Shown here piece after piece: positions 18,956 to 29,810 of a stretch of 64,000 nucleotides of DNA. Made by a program: the position numbers and the translations under genes. The stretch's first letter is position 1. Each line of letters opens with the position of its first letter. The DNA is from a virus. The DNA lies in the IMG/VR virus record IMGVR_UViG_2907408351_000002; one strand, given 5' to 3'. The notes under the pieces are model-generated. The model was given only the letters and a program-made list of their open reading frames with translations, had not been told where the DNA came from and did no database searches.

Positions 18956-20044
18956 TTACTTAATATACAACACAAGTCTCTTTTGTCCAACACTCAATCC
19001 AAAATCATTAATGTCTACTTGATCTATTTTTCCAGATACATCATAAACTTTACCAATTTTAATATTTCTTACTTCTTCTTTTGAATTAACCAACTTGATG
19101 ACTTCGACAACGCTTATTGCATTGTTTATTTTTTTTAATTCTTCCAAATTATTGTTCGGAAGAATTTGATCATATTCGATTAAATAATTGCCAGTATTTT
19201 TTCCAATACTCCATTTTCTTGTAGAGCCTTTTTCAGGAATCACCGTGTTCGCGCGCAAGTTAGAAAAAGATATATTTTCACCTTTTAATTTAACTTTCAA
19301 GGATGACATTTCTTTTTTAAACTCTTCTTTCTTTTCGGATACTGCAATTTCATTATCCTCTTTTAAAATTTTGTATTTCCATAAGGATTTGAATAGATTT
19401 AGAACTTTAATATACTCATCTTTCATCATCTCATCTAAGGATATTTTATTAATCGCCTCTTTGTATAATGACTCGTCCTCAATATAGACCGTTAAATAAG
19501 ATGGATTGTAATCAATAAAACCAATATAGCCTGCAATCGGAATATATCTTTCATTCCCTTGCTTTATTTTTTCTCTTTCTTCATAGGTAGTACAATTTCC
19601 ATTTTCTTCAGGCTTTGAAATTTTGATTATTTTTATGGCGTCTATTTTCTTATTGGAAACAAACTTTGGGAGTTTTTCATTTCCAAATTGAAATTCAGCA
19701 TAGTGAAGATGTGATTTTAAATTTTTGTTATGGATGTAGCGTTTCAGCGAATATTCGTCGCCATCCCCATTTTCCATTTTTCCAAGATCATCAATATTCA
19801 ATATTTCAATGGAATCGAGAGAGAGAAATTTTCCTTTCAATTTAGAATTTAGAGAAACAATTTTCATTTCTGAAGAATCCTTCATCAGAAAATTCAGGAG
19901 ATTCAGTGTATTAGAATATTCTGCTTCGCTTTGTCGCACAGGAGAGTTCTGTAATTTTTGGTTTAAATTTGAGTCAGAGTATAACCTTAAAGAAAATAAA
20001 AAACAAAAAGTTATTATTAAAAAATACTTCATGAATAGCTCCAA
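18956..20044 (-). CDS. AT-rich secreted/lipoprotein-like moron (362 aa; N-terminal signal MKYFLIITFCFLFS…) on opposite strand inside tail module
   Basis: Signal-peptide-like N-terminus, K/N/I-rich composition, markedly lower GC than neighbours. Confidence 0.55.
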   Translation of the reverse strand: MELFMKYFLIITFCFLFSLRLYSDSNLNQKLQNSPVRQSEAEYSNTLNLLNFLMKDSSEMKIVSLNSKLKGKFLSLDSIEILNIDDLGKMENGDGDEYSLKRYIHNKNLKSHLHYAEFQFGNEKLPKFVSNKKIDAIKIIKISKPEENGNCTTYEEREKIKQGNERYIPIAGYIGFIDYNPSYLTVYIEDESLYKEAINKISLDEMMKDEYIKVLNLFKSLWKYKILKEDNEIAVSEKKEEFKKEMSSLKVKLKGENISFSNLRANTVIPEKGSTRKWSIGKNTGNYLIEYDQILPNNNLEELKKINNAISVVEVIKLVNSKEEVRNIKIGKVYDVSGKIDQVDINDFGLSVGQKRLVLYIK

Positions 20045-20116
20045 ATAATCACGATTAAATTTTGGATTAAAGCAAAGTAAGTCAAGATTTAAAATACTTG
20101 ATTTCTTAGAAATTCT

Positions 20117-20878
20117 TTGAATTTGTCCAAAATCGGAATGGCGATTAAAAAGAAATTATTCGAATCTTTCACTCCTGCAAAGAAAATACAGTTTTCAGGA
20201 CAGGGGCCCTCGGCGCCGTCAATTTTTAATGGATTGGAGCTCGCCGAAATCACTAAGGTTTATTCCGGCCTTTTCAAGTATCGTTGCGATGTTAGGTTGT
20301 TTACCGGAGAAGAAAAAACAAAATTACGACTACCGGGTCCATTTTATGGGGAAATGGGATTTTTCTCCGGCCATAAAGATTCTTATCAAGAAGGACAACT
20401 TTGTCTTGTGGGATTTATCCAAAACAAAAGAGATAACCCGATCGTTCTAAAAATTTTTTCGTTTCCCGGTGGGATTAAAACTCAAACGAATCTAAAAGTA
20501 AATTTGGATTATGATCCGAAAGAAGTATCAACAGGGCATGAATCAGGACACAAAACGATTTGGGATGAAAATGTGCTCAAACACATCGATAAATTAAATC
20601 AAATTCGATTTAAAATCGATGTCTCAACTCCCCCAATTATCAATTCCCTCGAGAAAGCAACACAAGGGGAAACTTTAAAAGCAAAGTTGGAAGAACTCAT
20701 TGATATCGTAAAAGACATTTCAACCGGGATAGCGAATCTCACAGTTCAATGTAACGCACCAGGATCCGCATCTGACGTTCCTAACAATATCGCTAGTTTT
20801 AATTCAGCGGTTACTAAGCTGAACACCTTAAAATCAACTCTACCGAAAATTCTCTCCGAAGTTTTAAAACACTACTAA
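20117..20878 (+). CDS. Hypothetical tail/baseplate-region protein (253 aa)
   Basis: ORF; position. Confidence 0.45.
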   Translation: MNLSKIGMAIKKKLFESFTPAKKIQFSGQGPSAPSIFNGLELAEITKVYSGLFKYRCDVRLFTGEEKTKLRLPGPFYGEMGFFSGHKDSYQEGQLCLVGFIQNKRDNPIVLKIFSFPGGIKTQTNLKVNLDYDPKEVSTGHESGHKTIWDENVLKHIDKLNQIRFKIDVSTPPIINSLEKATQGETLKAKLEELIDIVKDISTGIANLTVQCNAPGSASDVPNNIASFNSAVTKLNTLKSTLPKILSEVLKHY

Positions 20879-20879
20879 T

Positions 20880-21269
20880 ATGGGAAGTATTTGGGATCAT
20901 TTTTCCGAAACTGAATCTGAACATGAAAATCATGTCTCAATCAAATTCGATTTTATTAAATCAAAAAATACAAATTCCTGCGAGTACTGTTCTTCCCATT
21001 GGGGAACGAAGGTTAGACTTTTTGCGAGTTATTCAGATTTCGAAAATTCTGAATTTTTTGGAGGTGATGATACTGTCATTCACGATCCGAATGGAGCGAA
21101 GATCGCGGGCTGGCCAGGAAAAAATAACGTAGGTAGAAATGCGAAGTCTTATTGGCTTTGTTGTCCAGTACATCCGAATTGTGGTTGCGAATTTAAAGAT
21201 TATAGGTTTGTTAGGTCCGAAGAAAAAATGGAGGAACTTGAGGACTGGTATTCTAAATTAGAATTCTAA
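20880..21269 (+). CDS. Cys/His-rich small protein (129 aa; C..C…CC.VHP.CGC), putative Zn-binding
   Basis: Cysteine spacing read in sequence. Confidence 0.45.
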   Translation: MGSIWDHFSETESEHENHVSIKFDFIKSKNTNSCEYCSSHWGTKVRLFASYSDFENSEFFGGDDTVIHDPNGAKIAGWPGKNNVGRNAKSYWLCCPVHPNCGCEFKDYRFVRSEEKMEELEDWYSKLEF

Positions 21270-22762
21270 ATTTCTTTATCCCAATTAGGATTGAGTTTTC
21301 TTTTTCCCCATTTTACTGAAATTGTTTGATCGGCAATGCCGGCGCCGGGAACCCATGTTACGTCTATCCCAGTTACATAGAATTTCGGATCATACATTTC
21401 CAATTCTTTATGAATTTCTTTACTTTGGATTTCGCCGTTCTTATTTACAACTTCCATAATCATTCCTTTGGAAATTTCTCTAAAATATCCACCTGAAAAA
21501 GATCCTGAAAATATTCTTTCTCCGGTCCCGAACGTGTTAAAGATCTTGGATTGAATCGAGTTTAATTTTTCTTTGAATACACTTTGCGATGCCGCGTCCT
21601 GAGATTCTTGCGGGAAACCAGTCCCATCAAGTACGATAGATAAAACTCTTTGCCCGAACTCTGCAAGTAAAGAAGGGCTATACGTGACTGGGTTTAGAGT
21701 AAGTCCAGTGATGTTATCGAAGATTCCAACGTTTATATGCACTCCGGAGAAAATATCGGCAGAGGATTCAGACAATCTGAAACCACTTATCAGCGATTGT
21801 TCAACTTCGGCCACAAGACCTTTGGGAACGATATCAGTGTCGAGATATTCAAAAGGAGTTTTCCGATATACGAGAGTGGCGAGTGGAAGATCCGGAGAGG
21901 AGATTTTTTCTTTTGTAAGTTTTTTTAGTAAGAAAGGCAATGTTTCGCTGATATAAAAATCCACTGCCTGATCATAATGAAAAAATAATTCGTAAAGTGG
22001 AGCCTTTGCGAGAGATTCCATCAATGACCAAATTGATAAAGAATTTCCAAACGTCTGTGAATTTATCCATTGGAGAGTATGAAGGAACGTTGTCGTATAA
22101 GGAAGCGAATCTAAACCTTTCGATGTCTCAACTAACTTAGAAAATAGATTTCCTCCATAACTTCCGTTCGAAAGTAGATGTTCAATCGCGGAATTTGCGA
22201 GAGACTTCAGCATTAAAGTCGGGCTTTTTGTTTCTTTGATCGCGTTTGAAATAACTTGTAATGCAATTTGTAATCTACTCGCAGGCGATTTTGAAGCGGA
22301 TTCCGCGGGCACAGACGCAGAAACAGGTTTCGCGTTATCGAAATCTATGAATAGAATTTGGGAACTGATCGCCTCTTCCAATCCTTCGCCGGAAATCCCG
22401 TATTCAGAATCACCTTTCGCACTCGCTTCATGATCACTTTCAGAAATGCGTCCCGCGAATTTGATCATTTCGTTTTCTGTAATTACGATGATTCTACCCG
22501 GACGAAAAAGTTCCCTCACACGAACACGCTGGTTATTGACTAAAATTTCATTTCGCGCACCTTTTGGAAGATCAATACGAAAAGACCCACCTTCAAGTCG
22601 ATCATTAAAATTGACTCTTTCAAGAAATTCCTTCGGAATCTCGATCGGTGATTTCAAAGCGAGAATTTCACCTGCGCTATATCTTTTCGAAACTGCAGCA
22701 GGATTATCCGGAAGAAACCCGAAAAGAAAAACTCTGAATGAAGGGCTGATTGCGTGTATCAT
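21266..22762 (-). CDS. Hypothetical tail/baseplate-associated protein (498 aa) on minus strand
   Basis: Long ORF; 1-nt overlap with upstream minus-strand gene. Confidence 0.5.
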   Translation of the reverse strand: MIHAISPSFRVFLFGFLPDNPAAVSKRYSAGEILALKSPIEIPKEFLERVNFNDRLEGGSFRIDLPKGARNEILVNNQRVRVRELFRPGRIIVITENEMIKFAGRISESDHEASAKGDSEYGISGEGLEEAISSQILFIDFDNAKPVSASVPAESASKSPASRLQIALQVISNAIKETKSPTLMLKSLANSAIEHLLSNGSYGGNLFSKLVETSKGLDSLPYTTTFLHTLQWINSQTFGNSLSIWSLMESLAKAPLYELFFHYDQAVDFYISETLPFLLKKLTKEKISSPDLPLATLVYRKTPFEYLDTDIVPKGLVAEVEQSLISGFRLSESSADIFSGVHINVGIFDNITGLTLNPVTYSPSLLAEFGQRVLSIVLDGTGFPQESQDAASQSVFKEKLNSIQSKIFNTFGTGERIFSGSFSGGYFREISKGMIMEVVNKNGEIQSKEIHKELEMYDPKFYVTGIDVTWVPGAGIADQTISVKWGKRKLNPNWDKEI

Positions 22763-24639
22763 TAAAAATTTCGCCTCCTTCTTAACTTAAAACTTTTGAA
22801 ATCTCCGATGGGATTGATTTGAACGACATACTCAATGGTATCTCCGTTGAATTCAAAAGATACAATCGACGCATCTTTCACACCTAAGTCGGATTGCATA
22901 TTTTGGAGAATCCGAGATGGAATTACGAGATTGAAAAGACTGTCCGGCGCGGACCCGGGTTCAACGTTTGCTCCGATTCCTGTATGAAATGGGATCTGAC
23001 CTGGAAGAATTCGAAGTTTATCCAAAGCACCATCGACTAGGCAATCAATTCCGGAAGTTAGCGCCAAATCCCCGGCCTCGACCTCAAAATCGTAATCATC
23101 GGAAAGAAGTACGTCTTCTCCAAAATACCATTTTTCCAAAATCTCTTGGGTTTTTTCCGGAGACAAATTTTCTAAAATTCTATGTTCTGTGATCACGCCT
23201 GTATCGATTTGGGAATATGATTTCTGAGACGGAACCCGAATCGATAAACCAATGATGTCGTCCCCTCTTCCAACAAGCAACATTCCGTTATCATTGATTA
23301 GGTTTTGAACCCGCTCGGGAGATCCGTAGTAAAGAGTTGCAATTATTTCCAAAGTCATTCCGGGTCTTACTACGATATACGTGAAACTTTGAGAAAGGTT
23401 TTGATTGTTCACGAGAATTAACGCGGCGCTTATATTTGCCAAAGCCATTTGAATATCAAGAACGGAATTTACTATCGGATCAGTTGCAAGTATGTATTCG
23501 GATTCCTTAACTTCATTTCCGGTAAAAATATTATTGTAAATGGAAACAGGAAGTTCACTTTGATTTATATCCTGCTGGGAAGAACCGGAAGTGATCGGTT
23601 TTTGCGGATTGTCCAACGCGCCCATCTCCGGAGTTACCGAATTCGGAAAATACAGTTGATTTAAGAGTTCATGAAATTGATTTGTTTTCTTCTTTAGCGG
23701 TCCCCCCGATTTTGCAATTTTCTTGATCGCATCCTTATTCGTAATTTCAAACTGTTTCAAATCCTTTTTCATTTCATCCGCGAGATTCGCAATGTCATTG
23801 TAAAGATCCGTTACTGAGGAAAGATATTGTAGCGGTCCGGATAGATCGGTTAGGATATTATCGAAAGCAAGGAGTGCGTTATTGATCAATGCTTTCGGAT
23901 CCGGAAGTGCCGGTCTTCGAAATGGCGCCCTCGCGGAACGATCCTCAATTCCAATTAGATTGAGTGACCAGAACCAAGTTAAAGGATCCTCTTTTGATTG
24001 GGAAATCTTGAATCCTCCTTTTTCAGAAAAAACAACTTCCCAATGAGCGTCTCGATCGTAATCGTGAAAAATCATCACGGTATCTTCAAAATTGAAGGGG
24101 GTATTTCCGGTCGCTTTCGCTTTTATATCCGCGGCATTTGGAAAAAAAGGTGAGAACGTCGGAACTCGGCTATCGGCTTTGTCTTCGTCTCTGATTTCGT
24201 GCATGAGATAGACTAAATCGAAAAAATCTAGATATCCTGCCTTCTTGATCGGATTCAATCCCTCGAGTTCTTGGAGAAGAGCGCTTCCGATCGCCGACGC
24301 GGCTCCCGATAAACTTCCGAATGCGCCGGCCGGTTTTCTTACGGGTGGACCTTCATACTGTTGCCAAATCTCTCCGGAAAGCGCAATATCGCAAATCGAG
24401 TTTCCGTTATCGACAACTTGAACACCTCCGAAAGTTGGCTTCACGGAAATGTTGTAATTATAAGAGTGTTCTTGTCTAGAAAGACCAAGAAGGAAAAAAT
24501 ATTCTCCAAAAGAAATTTCCAGTGCGCCAGGAGTCGAAAGACGTTTTTGAAATTCTAAACTGAAGGCGCCTGTCGCTTCAAACCCGCCGGTTCCTCTCGT
24601 AACGCTCGTTGCCAAAGATCCCATATTCGATGAGGACAA
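22762..24639 (-). CDS. Hypothetical tail/baseplate-hub candidate with LysM-like motif (YIVVRPGMTLEIIATLYYGSPERVQNLINDN), 625 aa
   Basis: LysM-like motif read in translation; located between tape measure and baseplate genes. Confidence 0.5.
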   Translation of the reverse strand: MSSSNMGSLATSVTRGTGGFEATGAFSLEFQKRLSTPGALEISFGEYFFLLGLSRQEHSYNYNISVKPTFGGVQVVDNGNSICDIALSGEIWQQYEGPPVRKPAGAFGSLSGAASAIGSALLQELEGLNPIKKAGYLDFFDLVYLMHEIRDEDKADSRVPTFSPFFPNAADIKAKATGNTPFNFEDTVMIFHDYDRDAHWEVVFSEKGGFKISQSKEDPLTWFWSLNLIGIEDRSARAPFRRPALPDPKALINNALLAFDNILTDLSGPLQYLSSVTDLYNDIANLADEMKKDLKQFEITNKDAIKKIAKSGGPLKKKTNQFHELLNQLYFPNSVTPEMGALDNPQKPITSGSSQQDINQSELPVSIYNNIFTGNEVKESEYILATDPIVNSVLDIQMALANISAALILVNNQNLSQSFTYIVVRPGMTLEIIATLYYGSPERVQNLINDNGMLLVGRGDDIIGLSIRVPSQKSYSQIDTGVITEHRILENLSPEKTQEILEKWYFGEDVLLSDDYDFEVEAGDLALTSGIDCLVDGALDKLRILPGQIPFHTGIGANVEPGSAPDSLFNLVIPSRILQNMQSDLGVKDASIVSFEFNGDTIEYVVQINPIGDFKSFKLRRRRNF

Positions 24640-24714
24640 AGCAATCTTTAGAATTTAAAAACAAGTCCTTTTTTAGTTGCATTTTTACTTAGGACAATCT
24701 TTTGTCCCTTCCCC

Positions 24715-25878
24715 GTGAGCGAGCCAAGTCCATACGTTCCAAGGACATTCTTAGGTTTTTTTTCTAACTTTGTAAGCTACGTGGTTGCTGCAAAAGTTAG
24801 GCTCACGAATTTCAAACCAGGTTCGAGAATCCGTACAATTCTCGAAGCAATCGCTGCGGTCTTATCCCGAATTGAATCCGAATTTTTTGCGGCCTATCTC
24901 TACGCGATTCGAACTTCAAGTTACGAATCATTCGGGTTTGGATTACTTGAGGGAAAAAAATCAACCGGTTTTATCCGCTTTGTAAAAACAGGACATACCT
25001 CTACATTCGCAATTCCAATCTTTACGATTTCCCTCTTTGGCCAAGACTACCAATCCGTTTCTCCATCGAGTATTTCTGTGGGGCAAACTTCCGTGGATAT
25101 CGATATCCGCGCATTAAATTCAGGATCGCAATACAATTTAGATCCACAAGGTATCGATACCAACTTTGGAAAAGGTGATGTTTTTCCAAGCGCGGACCCG
25201 AATGTAATTCTTGAATTCGATCGAATTTATAACCCCTTTTTAATCTCCGGCGGGACTGATCAAGAAACGGAAGAGGAAAGACTTATCCGTTGGCAGGAAT
25301 TTGTAAATAATCTTGGAAGATCTACGTTAGCCGGAATTCTTTCCGGCGTAAAATCGGTTTCAGGCGTAGTGGATTGCTATGTTACTGAAAATCTAAACCC
25401 AATTAACGGACAATCCGAAACCGGTTGGATCAATATCTACGTATCAGATGGAACGAGTAATACCGCTCCAACGATCATTCAAACTGTCACAGATAAGATA
25501 AAGGGAATTCTGGGAACCTCCGAATTCGGCTACAAAGCGGGCGGAACACGGTTATTTGTCGGAAACCTTCTGATTCAATCTATCTCTTTCCATTACGAGC
25601 TCGACGTTCTCATTTCAACGCAACTCTCTGATGCTCAATTCAAGGTCTTAGTCGAACAGGCGATTTCAAATTACGTTAACAAATTACGGAATGGAGAAGA
25701 CGTTATTTTCGATCGATTGAAGGGTGCGGGTATTAACGCTCATCCTGATATTCAAAGAATCCGCTTCGTAGGGATTTCAACAGATATCGTCGTTCCTTTA
25801 GGATCCGTTCCTAAAATTGGAGGAAACGGCGGCGGTTCTATTGTTTGCGATCTGATAAATAGGATCAACCAACCATGA
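24715..25878 (+). CDS. Baseplate J-like protein (P2 gpJ / Mu gp47 family)
   Basis: Motif …ISGGTDQETEEERLIRWQEF… matches the GGxDxExDExLRxR signature of baseplate J; followed by gpI-like and fibre genes. Confidence 0.6.
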   Translation: MSEPSPYVPRTFLGFFSNFVSYVVAAKVRLTNFKPGSRIRTILEAIAAVLSRIESEFFAAYLYAIRTSSYESFGFGLLEGKKSTGFIRFVKTGHTSTFAIPIFTISLFGQDYQSVSPSSISVGQTSVDIDIRALNSGSQYNLDPQGIDTNFGKGDVFPSADPNVILEFDRIYNPFLISGGTDQETEEERLIRWQEFVNNLGRSTLAGILSGVKSVSGVVDCYVTENLNPINGQSETGWINIYVSDGTSNTAPTIIQTVTDKIKGILGTSEFGYKAGGTRLFVGNLLIQSISFHYELDVLISTQLSDAQFKVLVEQAISNYVNKLRNGEDVIFDRLKGAGINAHPDIQRIRFVGISTDIVVPLGSVPKIGGNGGGSIVCDLINRINQP

Positions 25879-26516
25879 TCGCGAAGTATCTTTCTTTATT
25901 TAATCGATCAGGTGCAGTTTTCAAAGCGCTTTTTTTTGATCCGGAACGAATTGAAAAACCTCAGATTAAAAACATCAACGATATCAACAAAGGCGCCGTT
26001 TTCAATGCCCTTGAATGGCATTACAGATTCGTAAAACGACTCATCGAAGAATTTCCGCTTACGAATGCCTCCGGATTCCTCCTAAAAGCCTGGGGAACTT
26101 TCTTAGGTGTTCCGAATGATCAAGCTCTTCCGGATCCAGAATACAGAGCCAAGATTCTTTCAAAGATTCTCGCGATCGTGGGAACGCTTCCGGCGATAAA
26201 GAATTTGGTAAAGAATATTGATCGGGTTGAAGTTAAGGAAGCGCAAGACTTAGGATTCTTCCTCGATGTAGCCTACCTTGACACTCCGGTCTTAAAAAAC
26301 AGACCGTTCGGGTCCGTAATGACGCACCCAACGAATGCAATATACATAATTTTTAATACGATTTTCGATATAGATTCAGCGCTTTTAAGAACAATCTATC
26401 AGCTAAAGAGTGCCGGCATTGGAGTCTTTGCCGGCGTGATTACCGAATATCCTAAATTCGGATTTTTGTATTTAGATTATGGTTTTATCGATAAGGATTA
26501 TTCAGGAGTAAATTAA
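25875..26516 (+). CDS. Putative baseplate protein (P2 gpI / Mu gp48-like position)
   Basis: Synteny only. Confidence 0.4.
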   Translation: MIAKYLSLFNRSGAVFKALFFDPERIEKPQIKNINDINKGAVFNALEWHYRFVKRLIEEFPLTNASGFLLKAWGTFLGVPNDQALPDPEYRAKILSKILAIVGTLPAIKNLVKNIDRVEVKEAQDLGFFLDVAYLDTPVLKNRPFGSVMTHPTNAIYIIFNTIFDIDSALLRTIYQLKSAGIGVFAGVITEYPKFGFLYLDYGFIDKDYSGVN

Positions 26517-27838
26517 TGACCGTAGCTGCAATTCCCGCAAGTAATTCCGTTGCAAAGAGGACGCTCTACAATCCGAATCAGAGAGTGAACTCAAAGACAG
26601 TGGGTCCGATCCCAGGTTTAGAAGACGACATACTCGTCTATCCCAAAGCCATTGCGATGATTTTAAGAGAGCTCTACATGCTGGATCCGGGAGAGATTCA
26701 GTGGTTTGGATGTGATATACCTTCTTTCACAAATACGACAATCAGTACTTTAAAAGGAAGTTTACTCAAAGACGATGAACTCTATTTCTTAGAGGCACTT
26801 TCGTTGCAACCGACCAATCAGGCATTTTGGGGATTTTATGAAATTGAATTGGTTCAACAAGATTCGGATTTAGCGAACCTTCAATTTTTTGATGTTTCAA
26901 CGAACTCATCGTTTCAACAAAATGCGAATACTAGAAAATCCTATATCGTAAAAGTTTATGAAAACTATAATACCACCGCAGCCTTCCCCACACTTACTCC
27001 GGGAAGAATCAAGTGGTTCGAATATAAGAAGGATGCTGCGTTCGGAAATGTGATTTCCGTGAATAAGATTTCTAACTCAGTAAAAATTCCTAAAAACAAA
27101 AACGGAACTCTCATCACTCTCGAAGATAGTACTGCATTGCAAATTCCGATCGGTTCCGTGGTTGAAGATAACTTGGATCGACTGTCTTCTTCCCTCTTCA
27201 AAGACGCGAACGGTCAAGCAATTTCAAGAACATCTTTTTCAACTCTTTGGTCTGCGATCCGGAAAGCTGTGACAGGTATCAATCCGACTTCGGACAGAGT
27301 AATTGTTTCACAGAATTGCATCGAAGGGCAACTTGTAAAATTCTCTTTCACTGGCGGTGGGATTACGGCGCTTACCGAATACTATGTAAGGAACCCGACT
27401 GCTGCGGACTTTCAAGTTTCGACAACTCCTACCGGATCAATCATCGATCTCACTGCGAATCAATCCGGGGACGTCATTGTCAATGTTGAATACGGATTTG
27501 GAGACGGTTCAACCACTTTCAATTTGATGGATCGTGGAGGAGTTTTCGCGAGAGGATCTGGACTAAACGGAACAAGGGCGAAGGCCGCCGGTGGAAATTA
27601 TGATGGTGGCGCAGTCGGATTCAAAGGTCAGGACATGGGCCATAACCACGTACATACGATTCCAAACGTCGCGGAAAGTAGCGGTACGGCAAACTGGAAT
27701 TATGGATCAGGGACAATCGATTTCGTCACAAAAACCACGAGCTCACCGGCTGCGGTTGGCGGAACCGGGGCACCCCGGACCGGAAATGAGACTACCCCCG
27801 CCTGGGTTGCTGTAAGATATAAAGTGAGGGTCGCGTAA
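26516..27838 (+). CDS. Tail fibre protein with C-terminal phage tail-collar (Collar) domain
   Basis: C-terminus …GQDMGHNHVHTIPN…GNETTPAWVAVRYKVRVA matches Collar-domain pattern (HxH…ExRPxN…). Confidence 0.6.
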   Translation: MTVAAIPASNSVAKRTLYNPNQRVNSKTVGPIPGLEDDILVYPKAIAMILRELYMLDPGEIQWFGCDIPSFTNTTISTLKGSLLKDDELYFLEALSLQPTNQAFWGFYEIELVQQDSDLANLQFFDVSTNSSFQQNANTRKSYIVKVYENYNTTAAFPTLTPGRIKWFEYKKDAAFGNVISVNKISNSVKIPKNKNGTLITLEDSTALQIPIGSVVEDNLDRLSSSLFKDANGQAISRTSFSTLWSAIRKAVTGINPTSDRVIVSQNCIEGQLVKFSFTGGGITALTEYYVRNPTAADFQVSTTPTGSIIDLTANQSGDVIVNVEYGFGDGSTTFNLMDRGGVFARGSGLNGTRAKAAGGNYDGGAVGFKGQDMGHNHVHTIPNVAESSGTANWNYGSGTIDFVTKTTSSPAAVGGTGAPRTGNETTPAWVAVRYKVRVA

Positions 27839-28555
27839 ATGAATTACGTAATTGATAAACAAACGAAAGAAGTTCTGTGGATAAATACAGATCCAAAACA
27901 AATTTCCGGACCGGAAGTCTGGTTTGAATTCAATCCGAACAATCATCGTGTGGTTTATTCAGTAAATTATAATCCACAAAAAGGTGATATTTTCAATGCG
28001 GAAATTGTAGATGGAGTTGCTTCCGAGTTTCAGCCAAAATCTGTTTACGATAAAATTTCAGGAATCGAGCGATCACTTGAAGATTGGAACGATAAAATCA
28101 AATCTTCGGAAACTGAAATCCAACCTATCCCTTTTGAAAAATTTCAAAAATTCAACGGAACAACATGGGTTATTGATCAAGAAAGAAGGAGTGCTTATTT
28201 TTTAGAAATCAATTCTGCAATTTTTAATTCTAAAAAGGAAAGTTATAGGGGAACGGTAGAGTTCAAAAATACTATTTGGGATTCTGGAAAGATTTACCAC
28301 GATAATATAAACTCAGTTGTAAGTTTAGCTTCTAAAGGGAAGATTTCAGAAATTCCCCCTTGGAAAGATTCGAATAACGCCTTTTCAATTCTTACAATCG
28401 ACGATCTTCAATCACTAGCTGAATTGATTGAAATTGATTTATACAACGCCGGAATCGCACTCTATCAAAAAAAATGGGAAAACGAAAACACGATCAAAAG
28501 CCTTTCGCCAAGTGATTCGTTTGACCCAAATTCTGCGTGGGAAACAGATGTTTGA
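27839..28555 (+). CDS. Putative tail fibre assembly protein
   Basis: Position directly after fibre gene. Confidence 0.35.
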   Translation: MNYVIDKQTKEVLWINTDPKQISGPEVWFEFNPNNHRVVYSVNYNPQKGDIFNAEIVDGVASEFQPKSVYDKISGIERSLEDWNDKIKSSETEIQPIPFEKFQKFNGTTWVIDQERRSAYFLEINSAIFNSKKESYRGTVEFKNTIWDSGKIYHDNINSVVSLASKGKISEIPPWKDSNNAFSILTIDDLQSLAELIEIDLYNAGIALYQKKWENENTIKSLSPSDSFDPNSAWETDV

Positions 28556-29165
28556 AGATTTATTGAAAGCATTAGGATTAGGTGTATGTATCGGTGTTTA
28601 CACTTTCGTAAAACATTTGTACGACAAATGGGTTGAGAAGAAAGCGATCGAGAATAATAAAAAGAAATCTCTCGGTAAGATCGAACTAGTTTTGAATATC
28701 AATTCGATGGTACAAGACCGTCTCGCTTTACTTCGCGATCATTACTCAGCAAGTCGAGCCAAAGTTTTTCAGTTTCATAACGGTGAGTATTACCTTAACG
28801 GTGCCGGCGTCGAAAAGTTCTCAATGTCGCATATCTCCGTAAAACCGGGAATGGCCGTTCCGTATAACTTTGAAGAGTACTATACAAAAAAAGAGATTTC
28901 GATGTCTGTCGAACTCATTAAACCGATCTGTGACTCATCGTTTTATTATCTTAAAACAGATGATCTTCCGGAAACTTCGCGGTGGAGAAGAATTTTCCGT
29001 TTTAACGATATAAAGGCCCATCTATTCGCCAAAATCGATTATCAAGGATTTGCCGAAGGTTTTATTTCGATTTCGTGGCATGATGACCTTGAACACGATA
29101 CAGACCCAACTGAAATTATTCGCGCCGCGGAAGAAATCGGTTTACTTCTAAGGACAGACAAATGA
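28548..29165 (+). CDS. Membrane-anchored protein with Gly/Ala-rich weakly hydrophobic N-terminus (SAR-like), lysis-cassette candidate
   Basis: ATG at 28548 overlaps upstream stop (ATGTTTGA); N-terminus LLKALGLGVCIGVYTFV. Confidence 0.4.
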   Translation: MFEDLLKALGLGVCIGVYTFVKHLYDKWVEKKAIENNKKKSLGKIELVLNINSMVQDRLALLRDHYSASRAKVFQFHNGEYYLNGAGVEKFSMSHISVKPGMAVPYNFEEYYTKKEISMSVELIKPICDSSFYYLKTDDLPETSRWRRIFRFNDIKAHLFAKIDYQGFAEGFISISWHDDLEHDTDPTEIIRAAEEIGLLLRTDK

Positions 29166-29800
29166 CTCCGGCAAACGCTTTGAAAGGTGTTGAACAAAAC
29201 AGTAAGATCGCTCCGGTCTACTCGGTAGGATTCGGCTCCATGTGCGGTTACATCGCCGCGTGCGTTATCGGTTCTGCGGTCATCCCAAAAATGGCGAGTG
29301 TCGAATACATTCGCTGGTTTGTGGATTATATGGAGCCGAGATTCGGTGCGGCCGGAATCGGCGAAAAGATCCTTCAGAATTTAAAACTAAGAAGCATCGT
29401 CGATACATGGCGTCGTAATAAAGAATTTCGGCTCGGAAGATTTATGGAATGCTATGCCGAGGCTCTCAAAGAAATTCTGAAAGACAATACGATCGAAGTA
29501 AATTTAAGAATCAACGGAGATTGGACCGAAATCGACGACGCGCTTGAAAAAGGTTCTGCAGTTATGCTTGGAACCTCACTTACGAAAAGTGGCCATTTCA
29601 TTGTACTACGGAGAATCGTTTATATCAACGGAATCAAATACTACGAAGTTATCGATTCCTACGGAGACTGGACTACCGGTTACAAGAAAAAAGAAATCAA
29701 CAATCGGTATCTTGCCGAAGACCTCGTTTCTCACTGCGGAATTGATTCCAACAAAGGGATTCATGCGAATTTTATTTATCTCATTCAACTTGGAATTTAA
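29162..29800 (+). CDS. Putative endolysin-like protein with SAR-like N-terminus (…VGFGSMCGYIAACVIGSAVIP…)
   Basis: Position before holin; Cys/His residues compatible with peptidase but not confirmed. Confidence 0.35.
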   Translation: MTPANALKGVEQNSKIAPVYSVGFGSMCGYIAACVIGSAVIPKMASVEYIRWFVDYMEPRFGAAGIGEKILQNLKLRSIVDTWRRNKEFRLGRFMECYAEALKEILKDNTIEVNLRINGDWTEIDDALEKGSAVMLGTSLTKSGHFIVLRRIVYINGIKYYEVIDSYGDWTTGYKKKEINNRYLAEDLVSHCGIDSNKGIHANFIYLIQLGI

Positions 29801-29810
29801 GGAGAATTCT

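Noticed and set aside
20229-20450. 73-aa ORF inside 20117..20878 and other nested short ORFs (e.g. 2297..2632, 9229..9450, 11719..12024)
   Set aside because: Nested within longer, better-supported genes.
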